NCBI GenBank assembly: GCA_036172245.1
Contig: JAYWIR010000013.1
Span: forward strand, 3,410,001-3,474,000
Origin: Raillietiella orientalis
Taxonomy: Eukaryota
Length of the DNA stretch: 64,000 nt
Direction: 5' to 3'
A program made the position numbers and the translations under genes. Within the stretch, counting starts at the first letter, position 1. Each line of letters starts with the position of its first letter. Below the pieces are notes generated by a model that saw nothing but the letters and a program-made list of their open reading frames with translations, had not been told where the DNA came from and did not search any database. Positions 1-12,659 of the stretch are shown here, piece after piece.

Positions 1-2631
1 TTTACTTCTCCCTCCGGCGTTCTCGCTCAGGTACATACTCGACTGAGGAATACCTTCTCGCCTTTCTCCTCCTCTCCCGTCGCTCTTGGAAGATGCGACC
101 TCTTTCAAAATGGGCGCGTTGAGTCATGGGGTTGCCTAACCTCTTCCGGATAGGATCCTCACTGCCGGAGAGAACAAAAGTAGATGCTCTCATTCTTCGG
201 GAAGCCCCTTAGGCACACCATTGGTCTGCATACCAAGTTGTCGCCCCCCACCCCCTACCCCACGCGTACGGACAGAACAGCCGCTGCAAATCTCCCGGAA
301 GTGTTCCCGATAGCCAGAAAAAGGAGCGCCCACCGCGAGGTGGCCACTGTGGCCGTCTTCGAGACAAGTCGGCGCATCGGCACGAGGCGCGCGCGCGCAT
401 GAGGGCGGTGAAGACTGCAGATGGGGCTTCCTGGTCGCCACTGTCATTGGATCACCTGAAGAGCACGCTGCTGGGGGAGGGAGGGATCCAGAAAACGAGT
501 CCTCGTGAATATCCAGAAGTCCTGCAAAGGAATGCTGACTTGTCCAAGCTTCTCTCCACTTCCGCAGGCACCATCGGAAGAGCACCATCGTCTCTTCATC
601 CCGCCGATTTTTGTAAGCGACTCCGGAAAAAAAAATCCCTCGGGGACACATGGCTCGGCGAAAGCGGAGTCGTGCGGCCAGGGAGGGGGGAGAGCTCGGA
701 AAGAGAGGGTGGTTGTCATTCATCGAGCCTTTCCCAGTAGCCCTTGGGGTAAACCAAACCATGAAGACGGATGGAAGGGCCTCCACCTGCCTGGCGACTG
801 AATCCCGACTGTTCCCGGGATGGCGACCCTCCGCTGAGGCGATCCCATGGAGCGGAATCGGCATTTGGCCCCAGGCGCGGTCTCACAACGACTGCCTCGA
901 TGCCTGTGGAAGCTCTGCGTTTGCGGAAGATCAGGCGACTGCTCGTGCGTGACAAGCTTTGGGAGATGCTCGTCCGGGGCCACTGAACCCCTCCTGTTGG
1001 CCTTCTAGGGATGGGCTTTCGAACTTCTTGGTCGGGTGGAAGGAGAGCAGGGGTCGCCGCCTCCGTCTCCTCCTGCGAACAGCGACGAGCGAGCGGGAAG
1101 CATTCCAGGGAAGGTCCTTCCCTTCCCTGGAACACCCCTCTCTTTCCCTTCCCCTTGAAGCCACGCCGGAGAAGCGCACACTTGCTCTCAGGAGAGGGCG
1201 CCACTGGGAAAGCTCAGCAACGTAAGCGTGACGGAGATTTGTTTCTTCCTCGCCGTTTCTTCGTTCCCCCGCAACGACGCCGTTACCACACCTCTGAGGA
1301 GACGGCAGGGACTTTCGCTAAGCAAGTCCGGTTACCATTTTTTCTTCTGGTTGTCCGGCTGCTCGAAAGCGAGCGTGCCCTCTGCCGCTGCGGATGCAGT
1401 CGAGAGGCCTTCCATCTTCCTCGAGCTCCGCGGCTGCTGTTCCGATCTGAAATCCACCAGAGCGGCATCTTTTGTCCATCGACCGTCCTTTTCCCGCGGC
1501 TTCGGCATCATTTCTTTCCAGGTAACGAGTCATCCGAGACGGACGGAGTAGGAAAGTCTCCATTCGGAACCGGAAGCTCTCCGGGATCTTCCTTGAAGAG
1601 GGGACGGATGCGGAAGCCTTCAGCTGGGTCAGGCTAGGAGTTCTTCCCCCTTTCGCGTTTCGTTCCCCTTAAGGGAGGGGGTAAGAGTGGGAGGGGAATG
1701 AACTCTGCCAACACCCCTTGAAAGTGCGTTGGATGAGCACTCTCAGCCTCACGGAAGTCCCTTCCAAGTTCTCCTCTCTCGTCTCTTCAGGGCGTCGTAC
1801 ACGAGTCGGTTGCCGTTCGTGGTGCGCGGGTCCGGTGGCGGAAGACTCGTTCGGCGAGCGGGAGTGTGTGGGATGCTGTGCAAGGATGCACCAGGGCGAG
1901 CTGCTCAAGCTCTTCCAGCGGCATCGTTTAACCCCGAGTGCACAGGGTCGGAGGTTGCGTGGCAAACGAAGGCGAAGAACGGGAGCGACGGGACGCAAAG
2001 CCTGTTTGACCTTGTTAATCGGAGGAGCGGATTGCATCACCGCTGCAGCGGGGACCGTTGTCTTGGGAACATCCGACGCATCCCCGGAATTTGAATTTCA
2101 AACTCCTCCCTTCGTTTTTCGTCCGTTGCCTAGCGGGCGACCACTGCTCGGGGATACGACCAGCGGAACTGCACGGGCTCGGAAACAGCTGCGAATTTTT
2201 CACCGGCGCGATGATCTCCAGACGGGACGTTCTGTGTGTTTAGACGCATTCCCGTCCGTATCCACGCAACGTGCGTCTTGGCGTGTTCACGGAACGCCCT
2301 TCGAGGAACCTCTTTGCCACATTGGCATGCATTTGGCTGTGTCACGCTGTGTCGGTACGCGCCTTTCCCCCGAACGTGTTCTCCAGCCTCCCCGGGTTAT
2401 CTGGCGATGGCTCTGCACGGAAGTTTACGTGGGAGACGGATCACCGGTGGCTGCACGGGGAGATCCCAGCATCTCTCGTCGCCGTGAACCTTTTTGCGTA
2501 ACCCCGCCATTCAGATCACGCGGCCACTGACGTGGTGGGGTCCACGGGAGCGTGGATCCACCGACCACCGACGGGCGCCCGTGCCGAGCAAGTGGCTCCA
2601 CATGTGGCTCGAGTGCCTCGCGTGTTTCGTC

Positions 2632-2632
<1 letters not shown>

Positions 2633-2660
<28 letters not shown>
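2633..2660. repeat. (TG)n microsatellite
   Basis: Continuous TG dinucleotide run; a second (GT)n run lies at ~3009-3029. Confidence 0.9.
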
Positions 2661-2663
<3 letters not shown>

Positions 2664-3070
2664 GAGTGTGATGTGTTGTGCACGTCTCCGTGGGACGACC
2701 GTGTTTATCTCACGGTTGATTGAGACACGTTACTCGAGGAGTGGTCCATTGTGGAACAGCTGTTGAATCACTGTGTGGACGTTTGAAATTCCGTGTTTCC
2801 CCTCGCTGCAGCAAAGTTATCGCAACTTCGAAACACACTGTGATCGGTGTTCAAAAGTTAATCGAATTCTGATATATTCACGTTTGTGCCCACGTGAAAA
2901 ACCATTTTTCCCGTGAAATCATTATCATTTTTTTTTTTTCTCCTACTTTCAGTTTCTTGAAGGGAGAGCTTAAGGTACTCTTGACAAGTGGAAAGTTTAC
3001 CTTGTGTGGTGTGTGTGTGTGTGTGTGTGTTCAACTTACCCCTCCAGTTTGCACCGTGATTTCCTTTGTG

Positions 3071-4176
3071 GTAAGTGACTTGAGGTTTTCCACATTTCCT
3101 GTGCCTGAATGACATTCCCAATCTCAAACGTTATTGCCGAGGGTTGCATGCACAAAGTTGAAAAATTGAAATTGATCCTCGTTTTGTAACACGGCCAGCG
3201 TTCGTGTAGCACCGGAGGGTACTTCAGTTTATTTAAATGGATTATTTTGTATGCAAGGAATGCAGTAAATTTATGATGTTTATCCCAGAGTACATGTGCA
3301 TTAAACGGATGAAATTTGGGTTTAAGATGGGATGATAATTGTTAAAAATGAGTGCTACAAGTGTTGGTGGGTGTAACATAAGTATTGCATTAGCAGTGTT
3401 CAGCTTCATAATAATTCATCACCAGAATTCATCATATCCACTCAGTATTAAGAACATTTTGCATTTCAGCTGCATAATGATGCATAGTCATTGTTCAGTT
3501 TTGGAAATACCTCTTTCGTTATAAAGTGCCCAGTATATTGCTATTTTTATGAATACATGTTTTATTACGAGTTTATAATTATGTGATATTGTAGTGGATT
3601 TGACTTCACCCAAAGTTCAACAGAATACCATTTTCTTTGTATTTCCAGCATTTTCAAATTGTTCGATTCAACTTTATTCACCTCTTGCATTGCCGGAACA
3701 GAATGCGACTAGGATATTAAAATCTATGTTCATATTTAACGGGAAAAAAAAGCCAAAAAATAACTATACTCATTCTAAACTAGAACTTCGTATGTTATTC
3801 TGTAGCAATAGCAAGTTTATCAGTGTGATTGATATGTGTAAGAATGGATAGAGTGCAAAACACCATCGTTCAATTTGACAAATTGTTAGATTAGAGATTT
3901 TAAGAGAAAAAGTAACAGGCAAAATAGACAAAATTTCTGGTGCGTTTTGGACCATTTTTTCGGAAGATTTACATGTGCTTCAGCAAAAAAGTCACATGCT
4001 GAGAATATTCTCTGAAAGTTCATTAGTAGGTGTTCCTAAACTGTCAGCAGCTGTGTAGAACTGCAAAATATAGTTGCAAGTAATTGCTATCAGATCAACT
4101 AATGCATAGTATATTTGGAAATCTACATGAAGAACAATGCATTTTCGTATTTTCATTGTTTCCTACTATTTTTCAG
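3071..4176 (+). other. Probable 5'UTR intron of epsin
   Basis: Consensus donor G|GTAAGT at 3071 and pyrimidine-rich acceptor TTTTCAG ending at 4176, 34 nt before the ATG. The CpG-rich sequence upstream could be the promoter. Confidence 0.4.
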
Positions 4177-4210
4177 ATGTTGCATATGTAGTTTGAGATG
4201 CTGTGGGGCC

Positions 4211-5837
4211 ATGGCTGTCAATGTATCAGGACTCCGCCGTAACTTGAAAAACATTGCCCACAACTATTCTGAAGCACAAATCAAAGTAAGGGAAGCCACC
4301 AGCAATGACCCATGGGGTCCATCCAGCACGCTAATGGCAGAGATTGCTGACTTGACATATAACTTGGTTTCCTTCAGTGAGATTATGCAAATGATCTGGA
4401 AGCGACTAAATGATCATGGCAAAAATTGGCGTCATGTCTATAAGGCACTTGTCTTGCTGGATTACTTGATCAAAACTGGAAATGCAAAGGTACGTTCCCA
4501 TGGCTATGTAGGATTTTTCTCACAGAGTCATTTAGGTCGCTGAACAGTGTCGAGAAAACATTTATGTCATTTTGACTCTGAAAGATTTCTACCATGTGGA
4601 GGAGAACAAGGACCAGGGAATGAACATCCGAGAAAAGGCCAAACAGCTAGTTATCCTGTTGAAAGACAGTGAAAAACTAAAAAATGAGCGCATACGTGCA
4701 ATCAAAGCTAAAGAAAGCCTATTTCAGTGTGGTTCTTCCACCGGCAACAGCCCTAATGTGAGTGATTTTATTTGTACAGCTAGAATTATCATTGTCTTCA
4801 GTTTTCATCCAGTGCCTATTGCAAGAGTTCTCCACCATGTGCAAGGAAAGGTAAAGAGTTTGAAAGCGCAACAACATTTGATGAATGCATTTTGATAGCT
4901 TCAGAATTAGAAACAGCACGTCCTCAGACAGTTGGTGAAGAAGAACTCCAACTGCAGCTAGCTATTGCCATGAGCAAGGAGGAAGCTGAACAGGAAGAAC
5001 AGTGCCGAAAGAGAGATGATTTGCGACTCAAGATGGCACTGACTCAAAGTCAGGAGGATTTCAAGTGAGGAGCAAATATGGAATGAATTTTAGTTGAGCT
5101 GGCAATCTTGTAGGCATCAGCAGGAAACTCCTGTTGCTCCCAAAACCAGTGCCCTGCTTGATCTCATGGAACTCAACATGTCCCATCCTACACAGGAATC
5201 TTGGCCTTCTTCCACTGATCAAGTATTCTTTTCTTTTCATTAGTAATGTGCTTAATTGGATGATTAGCAAATGGATACCTGGGGCAGCCCCACTGCATCT
5301 GCACCCACTTGGAATCATGTTCCTGAACAAAGGGACCTGACATGTGATCCTTGGACTCCAGCTCAAGAAAAATCTATTGAGAACATTACTGATAATCTCA
5401 ATGCCTCTGACTCTTGGCCACAAATAAAAGGGCAGTGTAACAACACTGATGCATGGACTCCCATTCTTGAATCCAATGAACAGGAAAAAAAATCAGGTTA
5501 ACTGTTCTTGAGGCCTGCTGATGTGACTGTTATACCATTATCCATAGAGCTGAACAACTCTGTTTCACCTAATGAGAGCAAAACATCTAGGAAGACTCCT
5601 GAAGCATTTCTTGGGACTAACTCCAATTTGGTCAACCTGGATAATCTGATCAGCGCACACTCAGGACTGAACACAGGTTTAACCTTATTCTTGAAGAGAT
5701 TAACTTTATCCTAAGCTATTATAGTTAAGAACCCGTTTGGTATGCCAGCTCCTGCTCCCCCTTCAATCAATCAGCTGCGGAGAGACAACACATTGTGGCC
5801 AGTCAGTGACAGCCAGTTTAATCCATTTCTTGCCTAG
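4211..5837 (+). CDS. lqf: Epsin (liquid facets-like): ENTH domain, 2 UIMs, NPF motifs; 8 coding exons, 431 aa
   Basis: Exons 4211-4489, 4536-4757, 4802-4850, 4899-5064, 5114-5222, 5268-5496, 5548-5676, 5725-5837; all introns GT..AG; 1296 nt in frame. N-terminus MAVNVSGLRRNLKNIAHNYSEAQIKVREATSNDPWGPS...NDHGKNWRHVYKAL is the ENTH signature. UIMs are EEELQLQLAIAMSKEEAE and DDLRLKMALTQSQEDF; also RKTPEAFLGTNSNLVNLDNL and C-terminal KNPF/FNPFLA. Confidence 0.96.
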
Positions 5838-5887
5838 CCTGATGGGACCGCTGTCCAGCATGTATTTATATTCTCCATACGCCTCTT

Positions 5888-5893
5888 AATAAA
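5888..5893 (+). terminator. Polyadenylation signal AATAAA for epsin
   Basis: AATAAA about 50 nt after the TAG at 5837. Confidence 0.5.
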
Positions 5894-8099
5894 AAATTTT
5901 CGAGACATTAAGTTAAATTGATTGATGTAATGATTTGGAGAGCAAGTGCATAACTGGAATGTGTGTGAGTAGGATGTACCTGGCTGCTAAGGTGTGTGTA
6001 TGTTGGTCCTTGCCAGGTTGAGGTAGAAATGGGAAGTGCCAAATCTTGTGGATGCGTACTGTTGTGATCAAAATTCCTCTATAAACAGGGAACGGTTTCA
6101 AAAGAAAAAGCATGCAAAGAGAAATAGACGAGAGAAAAAACACAATAGAAACGAAAGTTGAAGATACAGAAAAAGCCCTGTCGAGTTTTGAAGTGTATGA
6201 TGCTAATTTCAAGGAAAGCACAGTTAGGGTAGCTGAGCTGATAAGCTCTTTGCAGTTTGTTTGGCTGCACATTTGGTTAGTTGAATTTTATGGTCCTGTT
6301 GTGTGTACATGCCCAATTCATGCACTTGAAGTTTCCATTAAATTATTCAAAAATGTCGTGATTTCGTAGTGGTAGTGTGGACTGTAAATAAATTTGCATT
6401 TATTTTTGAATGTGTTGGACTGTAGGAAGGTGCCTCAATGTGTGAACACCTTAAGCTTGTGGAACAGGAATGAGTACCTATTTGTTCGCAAATTAATTAT
6501 CGCTGATCTGTGAATTCTGTGGTAACGATGCTCCCCTGATATTTCGTCACTTGCCATTCCCTTTGTAAGCACATCTTTCCATAGCCTCCCAGGTTCATGA
6601 CTCATCAGAGTCGTGAGCAGTTTGTGCTGAAGTTTGTTTTTGACTTCCCTATCATCACCGAGCGCATTTAGCAGGGAACTGCCCACAGTAATCATCGGTA
6701 GGAGCAATACTTGCGTGCAATGTGTGTTTTTTCTACTTTCAAGTTGTTGGTGACTAATTCGTTTTTTATTTTCAAGTTTCAGTCATGTCTTGGAAACGTA
6801 TACAGAGCTTTGCAGAAGAACATAGAAACGTGGAGTCGGAGTCCCACCAAACGAATTTATTAGCCGGAATTAGCTGAAATCTGATTTCAATCCTGTACGA
6901 AGAGATTCAGCCACCAAGTGCAACCTTTCAGTATCCTGTAGCGACTGCTTGCTGACCGGCATGCACCGAGTTCTTCCGATCCTTTTTGTAGTTTTGGAAA
7001 TGTCTGTGAACCCCTTCTTTTTAGCATCTAGCTGTTCGTCGATGTTTCTGAATCACAAAAATGCCTCCAGCTGAGCTTTTTTTTTTATTCAGTGCTCATG
7101 AATTGCACATGATGAGATCATTGTCATTGTGGATTAGCATATGCAGTTATTTAGATCATGATTGGTTTCTTTTACTAATTGTGTGATCCTCTCTGCTGCT
7201 GGTTCATCATGCCAGGCAGAATTACTGTCACGAGCAACCACAGATGGATTTGCAAGTCGATCTGCTACTATTTAGAGAGTTCACGACTCTTAGCACGAAA
7301 TGAGTTTTTGCACAGAAGAGCTGTTTTGTGCTTTCAAACGCCTTTTCAAACTTCCGATTACTAAAAGCGAATTTTTTTTTTTTATTTGAATCGAGGCTAC
7401 GTCATCGTGATCCGTAGGGTTTTTTTTTTTTACTATTTTTTTTTTTTTTTTACTATTTTTAAAATCGATTTCTCAGAGCAGGCAGTCTCAAGGCAAGAGA
7501 GTCTTTACTATACGATGGCATGTCCAGTCACGCTTTTCGTGGTCCATCTGTTCCTCTGTGTGAAGCGCTGGAAGTCCGACTGCTGCCTCGCGTGTCTGGA
7601 CCAGCTCCGAGGTTTCTTATTGAAGGCTCGAAAGGTTTCGGGAGGGGGGTTTCGGACCCTTGGGCACTCTGAACAAGTAACACGACAGCTGCAACGAAGT
7701 GATCCCGACCAAACGGAGACCCCGATTCTTTTCGTTGCCTAGTTTCAAAAAGAGTTCCCTGCGAAACTGACTTTCCTTGGTCTTGCCTTCGAGCCGGTAC
7801 CCGCGGCCTCTCCTTCGAACACGGCTGGACTAATCGCCTCTGAGCGTCTGTGAACGACATTAAGCCGAAAATCATCGCTTTTCATGGTAAACCACGTGGG
7901 CCGAAGCTTCGGTGTTTTGAACGCTGTTTACTTTCTTGCTTCTAGTAAGACTTTTCTAACAAGCAGCAAACTTTTTTTTACCTTCCATCGTCCCTTCGTG
8001 CTTCTTGCAGGAACTAATGAAGTTTCGTTTGCCATTTCGATATGCCATACGACCTCTCCTACAGAAAAGGGGCAATCTTCCACATCGACAGGCAATTGG

Positions 8100-9480
8100 G
8101 CTTAATCAACAGAATCGACGAGTGCAGAGGAGGAGAGGTATTTGCAGAGTCTGTCAATGTCCGTTGGCTCCGTGATCCAAAGATGGGAGTGATAGAAGAG
8201 TCCTATCGTTCTCTCCATCTATGAACCATGGCTCATGCTGAACAAAGCTTCTTGGGAGGGGGACTGATGAACCGTTCTGAATAAGGGATTCTTCGAAAGA
8301 AGGCGTCGGTGGCTTCTAGAACCCATCCAGGAGTACGTCCTCTCTTTGGCCAGTCCTGGTTCTGGGAAAGGACCCTTTGTTGGTTCGAATCGGCGCAGCA
8401 ATTCCTTCTGTTTTATCAAGTGAGTCCCCAATGCAATTCTCCCATTAGGATCTTAAAACAAGAGTGCGGGAATCGTGCTTTTTAAAAGAAAAGGCAGATT
8501 CGATATGTGCTATTTCAAATTTATAGCTGCATGGCTGCCCTGAATCACTGGTGCACCAGCTTGCTGTGGACTGCGAAGTTCAGTGAACAAGATGCTGCTG
8601 CTCTACGCGGCTCCTGCCAAATGTTTGGACCATCAATGAAAGCCAAACTTTTGCAACCATGTTCGAGAGAGAAATGCAAGCCCGAAGTGGAAGCTGCGAA
8701 TCAGCTAAGGGATGACAGCAGTTCAAAGAAGACTGGCAGCCGCGATAACCCATACAGAGATTATCTCGCCCGCACAATGGACCAGATGACCTCCTGAACA
8801 AGCAACTGTTCGGATATATTGAAGATATGTGCTGTAATGTGTTCGGTATCGACTGAAAGCCTGGAGACAAACTGTTTCTTTGCTGTCAGCGATTCTTTCT
8901 CAAGTTCAATTCAATCAGCTACCAAAATGGTGACACGCATGGTGGCGAAGGCAAACATCCAGGACGCTAGCGAGTGTCGGCGTTGCCATCACAAGGAAAC
9001 AAAATTCCAAACATGCACTAGGTCGTTCTACAAGGCGCCCACCTGGAAACGGAGATCAAAGAATGACGCAATTCCCAAGCATCATTTCCGAGAATCAGGA
9101 GATCATGCAGTCTGCATGTTACAGTCACAGATCTCATCGCTGCGCCTTGACGTAAGCATCACGCCCCCAGTACCGTGCTTCTTGCAGATCTTTTCAGAAG
9201 AATACTATTTCGATGAACACGTGTGCACCATGCCATCAAAACAATCCTTACTCCTCGGACGGACTCAATCTGAACCTGGCACAGGCTAGTGGCATCTGAC
9301 AACCGGGTACCGCAGAAGGCGTAGCATTTGGAAACATAAACAATAACTTTTGGAGCCACCCAGCTCGGGCTCTGTTTTTGTCCTTTGTAAATGGTCCGTA
9401 ATGCAATCGTCACAACAGACAAGTCCTTCGGGTAACCATTCACCCGATGGCACCATGCGCAGTTATACTTCTACTCGGAA
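8100..9480 (+). mobile_element. Degenerate RLE-type (R4/Dong- or NeSL-like) non-LTR retrotransposon, 3' part
   Basis: ORF 8819-9289 contains ETNCFFAVSD...ASECRRCHHKET (resembles ETEGFxxAIQDQ...CRxCxxxxETxxH zinc knuckle), followed by SSLRLDVSI (resembles the RPDIVI restriction-like endonuclease motif). Upstream IEESYRSL resembles the RT ESYKYLG motif. Many stops and frameshifts; boundaries approximate. Confidence 0.4.
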
Positions 9481-12400
9481 AGAGCCTCGTGGATGCTTCC
9501 AACAAGAGCGCAGAGGTTTCCTTCCCGAAATGACACGGGCATCAGAAGGCTAATGTAGCATCCGAGGATGGGCAAAGACATGGACAGAAAAGAGGACTTA
9601 GCAAGTGCAAGCTCTTGTCTCCACCAATAAAAGTCTGCCAGCCCCGGCGACGCACTTGCAGACAAGAAATGGAAACGATTCGTGCCCCATTAATGCCTGT
9701 CTACTTCCAGAAAAACGCCTTGCAGATGTGAAGAGCCACCAGACACGTGGACTAGGTCCACGAGGACAAGAAGTTCGCCTTGCCGGCGCTGTTCGACAAC
9801 CGCTTAGCTAGAATTGACGTAGACATCAAAAAATTGAAGATACCAGGCACTTTTTTCATTCAAAAATTGTTGACGATTCAACGCTCTATGAAGAACCACG
9901 CTACACTTGATGGCTGGAACTTTAAAGTATGTTGGTATGCCCACGGACTGTTGTTTACAGAGACTCTGCAACCGCGCCAGCTGCTCGCTGAGGAAGACCC
10001 TGAAGTGTCTCAGAAGAAGCACATAGGCGGATACGGCCCCCCTTCCTCTTCCGCTGTAGTGATGCCCTTCTTGAGGGGAGCACCTGGCAGCAGCCAAACG
10101 CCGAGATGGCAAGTCTCCTGAGAGATCTCAGGCAGTCGGAAGTTGATGAGTGGATGGACCATGGGGCAGCTGACCGACACTACGACCCCGAGCGCCCTTC
10201 CACGAGGATCACAGCGCTGAAGCAAGCTCCTCGGAATTACTAAGGAAGAAGACCTGGAGGACCCCCAGTGATCGAGATCATCATCATCAGCACCAACACT
10301 TCCTGAAGTGGCCAGCGTTGGCGCTTCCGCTATTGCACCGGATTTCCCCAGCAACGCACGCCGCAGCCACTGGACGATGGAAAGGGTGAGCCCGGACACT
10401 GTTGCCGGTGCGGGGAACTGGAATCGTCCCCTCACATTCCAGTGGATTGTGTTGCCCTCCAGTCCCTATGGAAATGTTTCGAAACGACCCTCCGGATACC
10501 AGTTGGCCTCCCCAGGAACGTTTTACGGTTCTCCTTCGTGCGTGATGCCTTGCAGCCAGCCGCAGCCCTTTGCTGCATTTGCGGGACTGTGGAGCGAAGC
10601 CAACGGAGGAAGAAACTGCAGGTTCACGGAGAGCCGCATCCGGCGGACTCTCCTAGGATACGTGCGGCTGCCACTCTCTTCGCACGCGGGTGCGCACTCT
10701 CGTCATGTGAGGAGGTGCAGTGTGGCATCTGCTTCTTCGTGGCTGCGCGCCGGCGCCATGTGTTGGAGTTGCGGGCGCGGAGATACGGAGGTGGCGACCG
10801 CCTTCGTGCGGACTGCAACGTGCCGTCCTCGTCCGAGAGAGAAAGCCATCGGGGATGCATCCGGCGCTCCGTTCCCGTTCCACGGTGGTACAAGTCGCTG
10901 TCAGTTCCATCTCTCGGCTCGGACTTGCCTACTGTTTCCTCTAGTTAGGCGCTGGCGTTAGCGGAGCAGCAAACCATGCAGCTGCGGTTTTCCTTCGCCA
11001 GGGTTACCACGCGACCTAGGAAGAAACCGCATGTTCATACCTTGGGGCGGGTGAAGGCAGCCAAAGCGCATTCGTCTTCGTCGCCTTCCCGTCGCTTGGC
11101 CCCGTCCGGTTCCTCTGATTCTGGGCGACCCCGGCTACCGGATACTCCCTGCCGGCTATCCGTCTATCCCCTTTCCTTTCCCTTCGTATCAGCACAGCGA
11201 CGTCCGCACCGTGTCGACGGATCACCTGCACGAGCTGCAGTCATCCTTGTTGCCAGCGAAACGTGTCGTCATCAGCTCAGCAGATGCCGATCCTGCTTAC
11301 CGTCATGCCTACAGTGGGATGGGCACCTTGTTGGCCTCGAACTAAAACCTTTGGAGTGCCGTTCCAGCAAACGTCGGATGCCAGTAGAGTCGCAGTGCTT
11401 TCCACTGATTCTCTTCCTGATCCGTCTCCAGTTGGAGTAGCGAAACCCGTGCTTGAGGTTCATTGCCTGGAGCTTGCCTTGAAGGATGAAAACCATCTGC
11501 GTCATCCAGTTGATGGATCGACCTCTCTGAAGTTCCGCGAACGCGTGCCTGCGGCCACATGGAGAGAGTGAATCGCCGACGCCAGATGCTCGGACTGCAA
11601 AGAGCACGAATCGGAGAAGCCACACCAAGCAGAGACCCTTTTGGATGCTGTGTCCACCGCTGACACATGGAAAAGTGCACAAGAAGGATCATCACCTGGA
11701 TGATGCATCTGCATGTTAACTGTAGCCATTGCAGGCTTTCAAAGTTAGAAACCTGCCTGATGAAGCAGTTGTAAGTTTCCTGGTGATAGGAGGAATCACT
11801 AAGCCTCATCCTAATCGGATACCGACCACCAGATTGATCGTCGCAGCACATCTCAATGGGATTTCATCTACTGTGGGCCTGATCCACCTATTCCAGAATT
11901 CACGCAAGAAAAAGGGAAAAAAGAAATGTTTTCATTTCTAGGTCTGTCCCTCGCTGTTGACTCCAGATAGCAGCGAACAATTTTTCCTGGGAGGAACGAA
12001 AGGAATTTTCCGTTTCAAAAAGAAAAAGAAAAAGAAAGGGCAAGCGGGCACAAGCAACATGTCTTTGGAGTAATGCAATAAACAAGTACCTCTCGTGCGA
12101 TGGATCCTCACTGTCTGTTCTCAAACTGTATTTCCTGCTATCGAGCCATGGAAAACTGCATGACGTCTTCTCCGAAGGGGAATTTCCGTTCCCGTTTCCA
12201 ACCTCCTGGCTCTCATGAGCATGCAACTCCACCCGGATTGAAAAGTCTGGAATACCTTGATATCGGTTCACTTTACTGGAGCAAAGATTCCCATTTGGAT
12301 GCTGACTTTCTTCCCATGATCGGAAGTCGCGATGCACTGGGAGAGTTCCAGAGTGCAGCTAAGGCAAGTATTCGGGCCCCATCAAGCGCGGGTGCAGCAG

Positions 12401-12659
12401 GTACTCGGCGGGACTCGTCACCAAGTGTCTGCCTTCTGATGCGTGCATTGCAGGAGAATGGAAGCTTCCATTTCTGGCGCTCCACATAAGCTCAAAAAAA
12501 AATAAGCTTTAAAACTAAAGGAGGCAAGTGACAGAAGAACTTCCTCCTCTGCCTGTAGCGTCGGCTGATAGCGGAGCGACCGAGGAAGAGAAGTAGACGA
12601 CAATAGAGTATGACCAGAAAGTGACCATACTTGCGGAAACAGTCCATTCGGACAACACA

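Noticed and set aside
1..2600. ORFs of 200-270 aa in the first 2.6 kb
   Set aside because: No recognisable domain or consistent exon structure; probably upstream non-coding DNA.
8340..8400. tRNA-like GGTTCGAATC motif
   Set aside because: No acceptor, D or anticodon stems can be formed around it.
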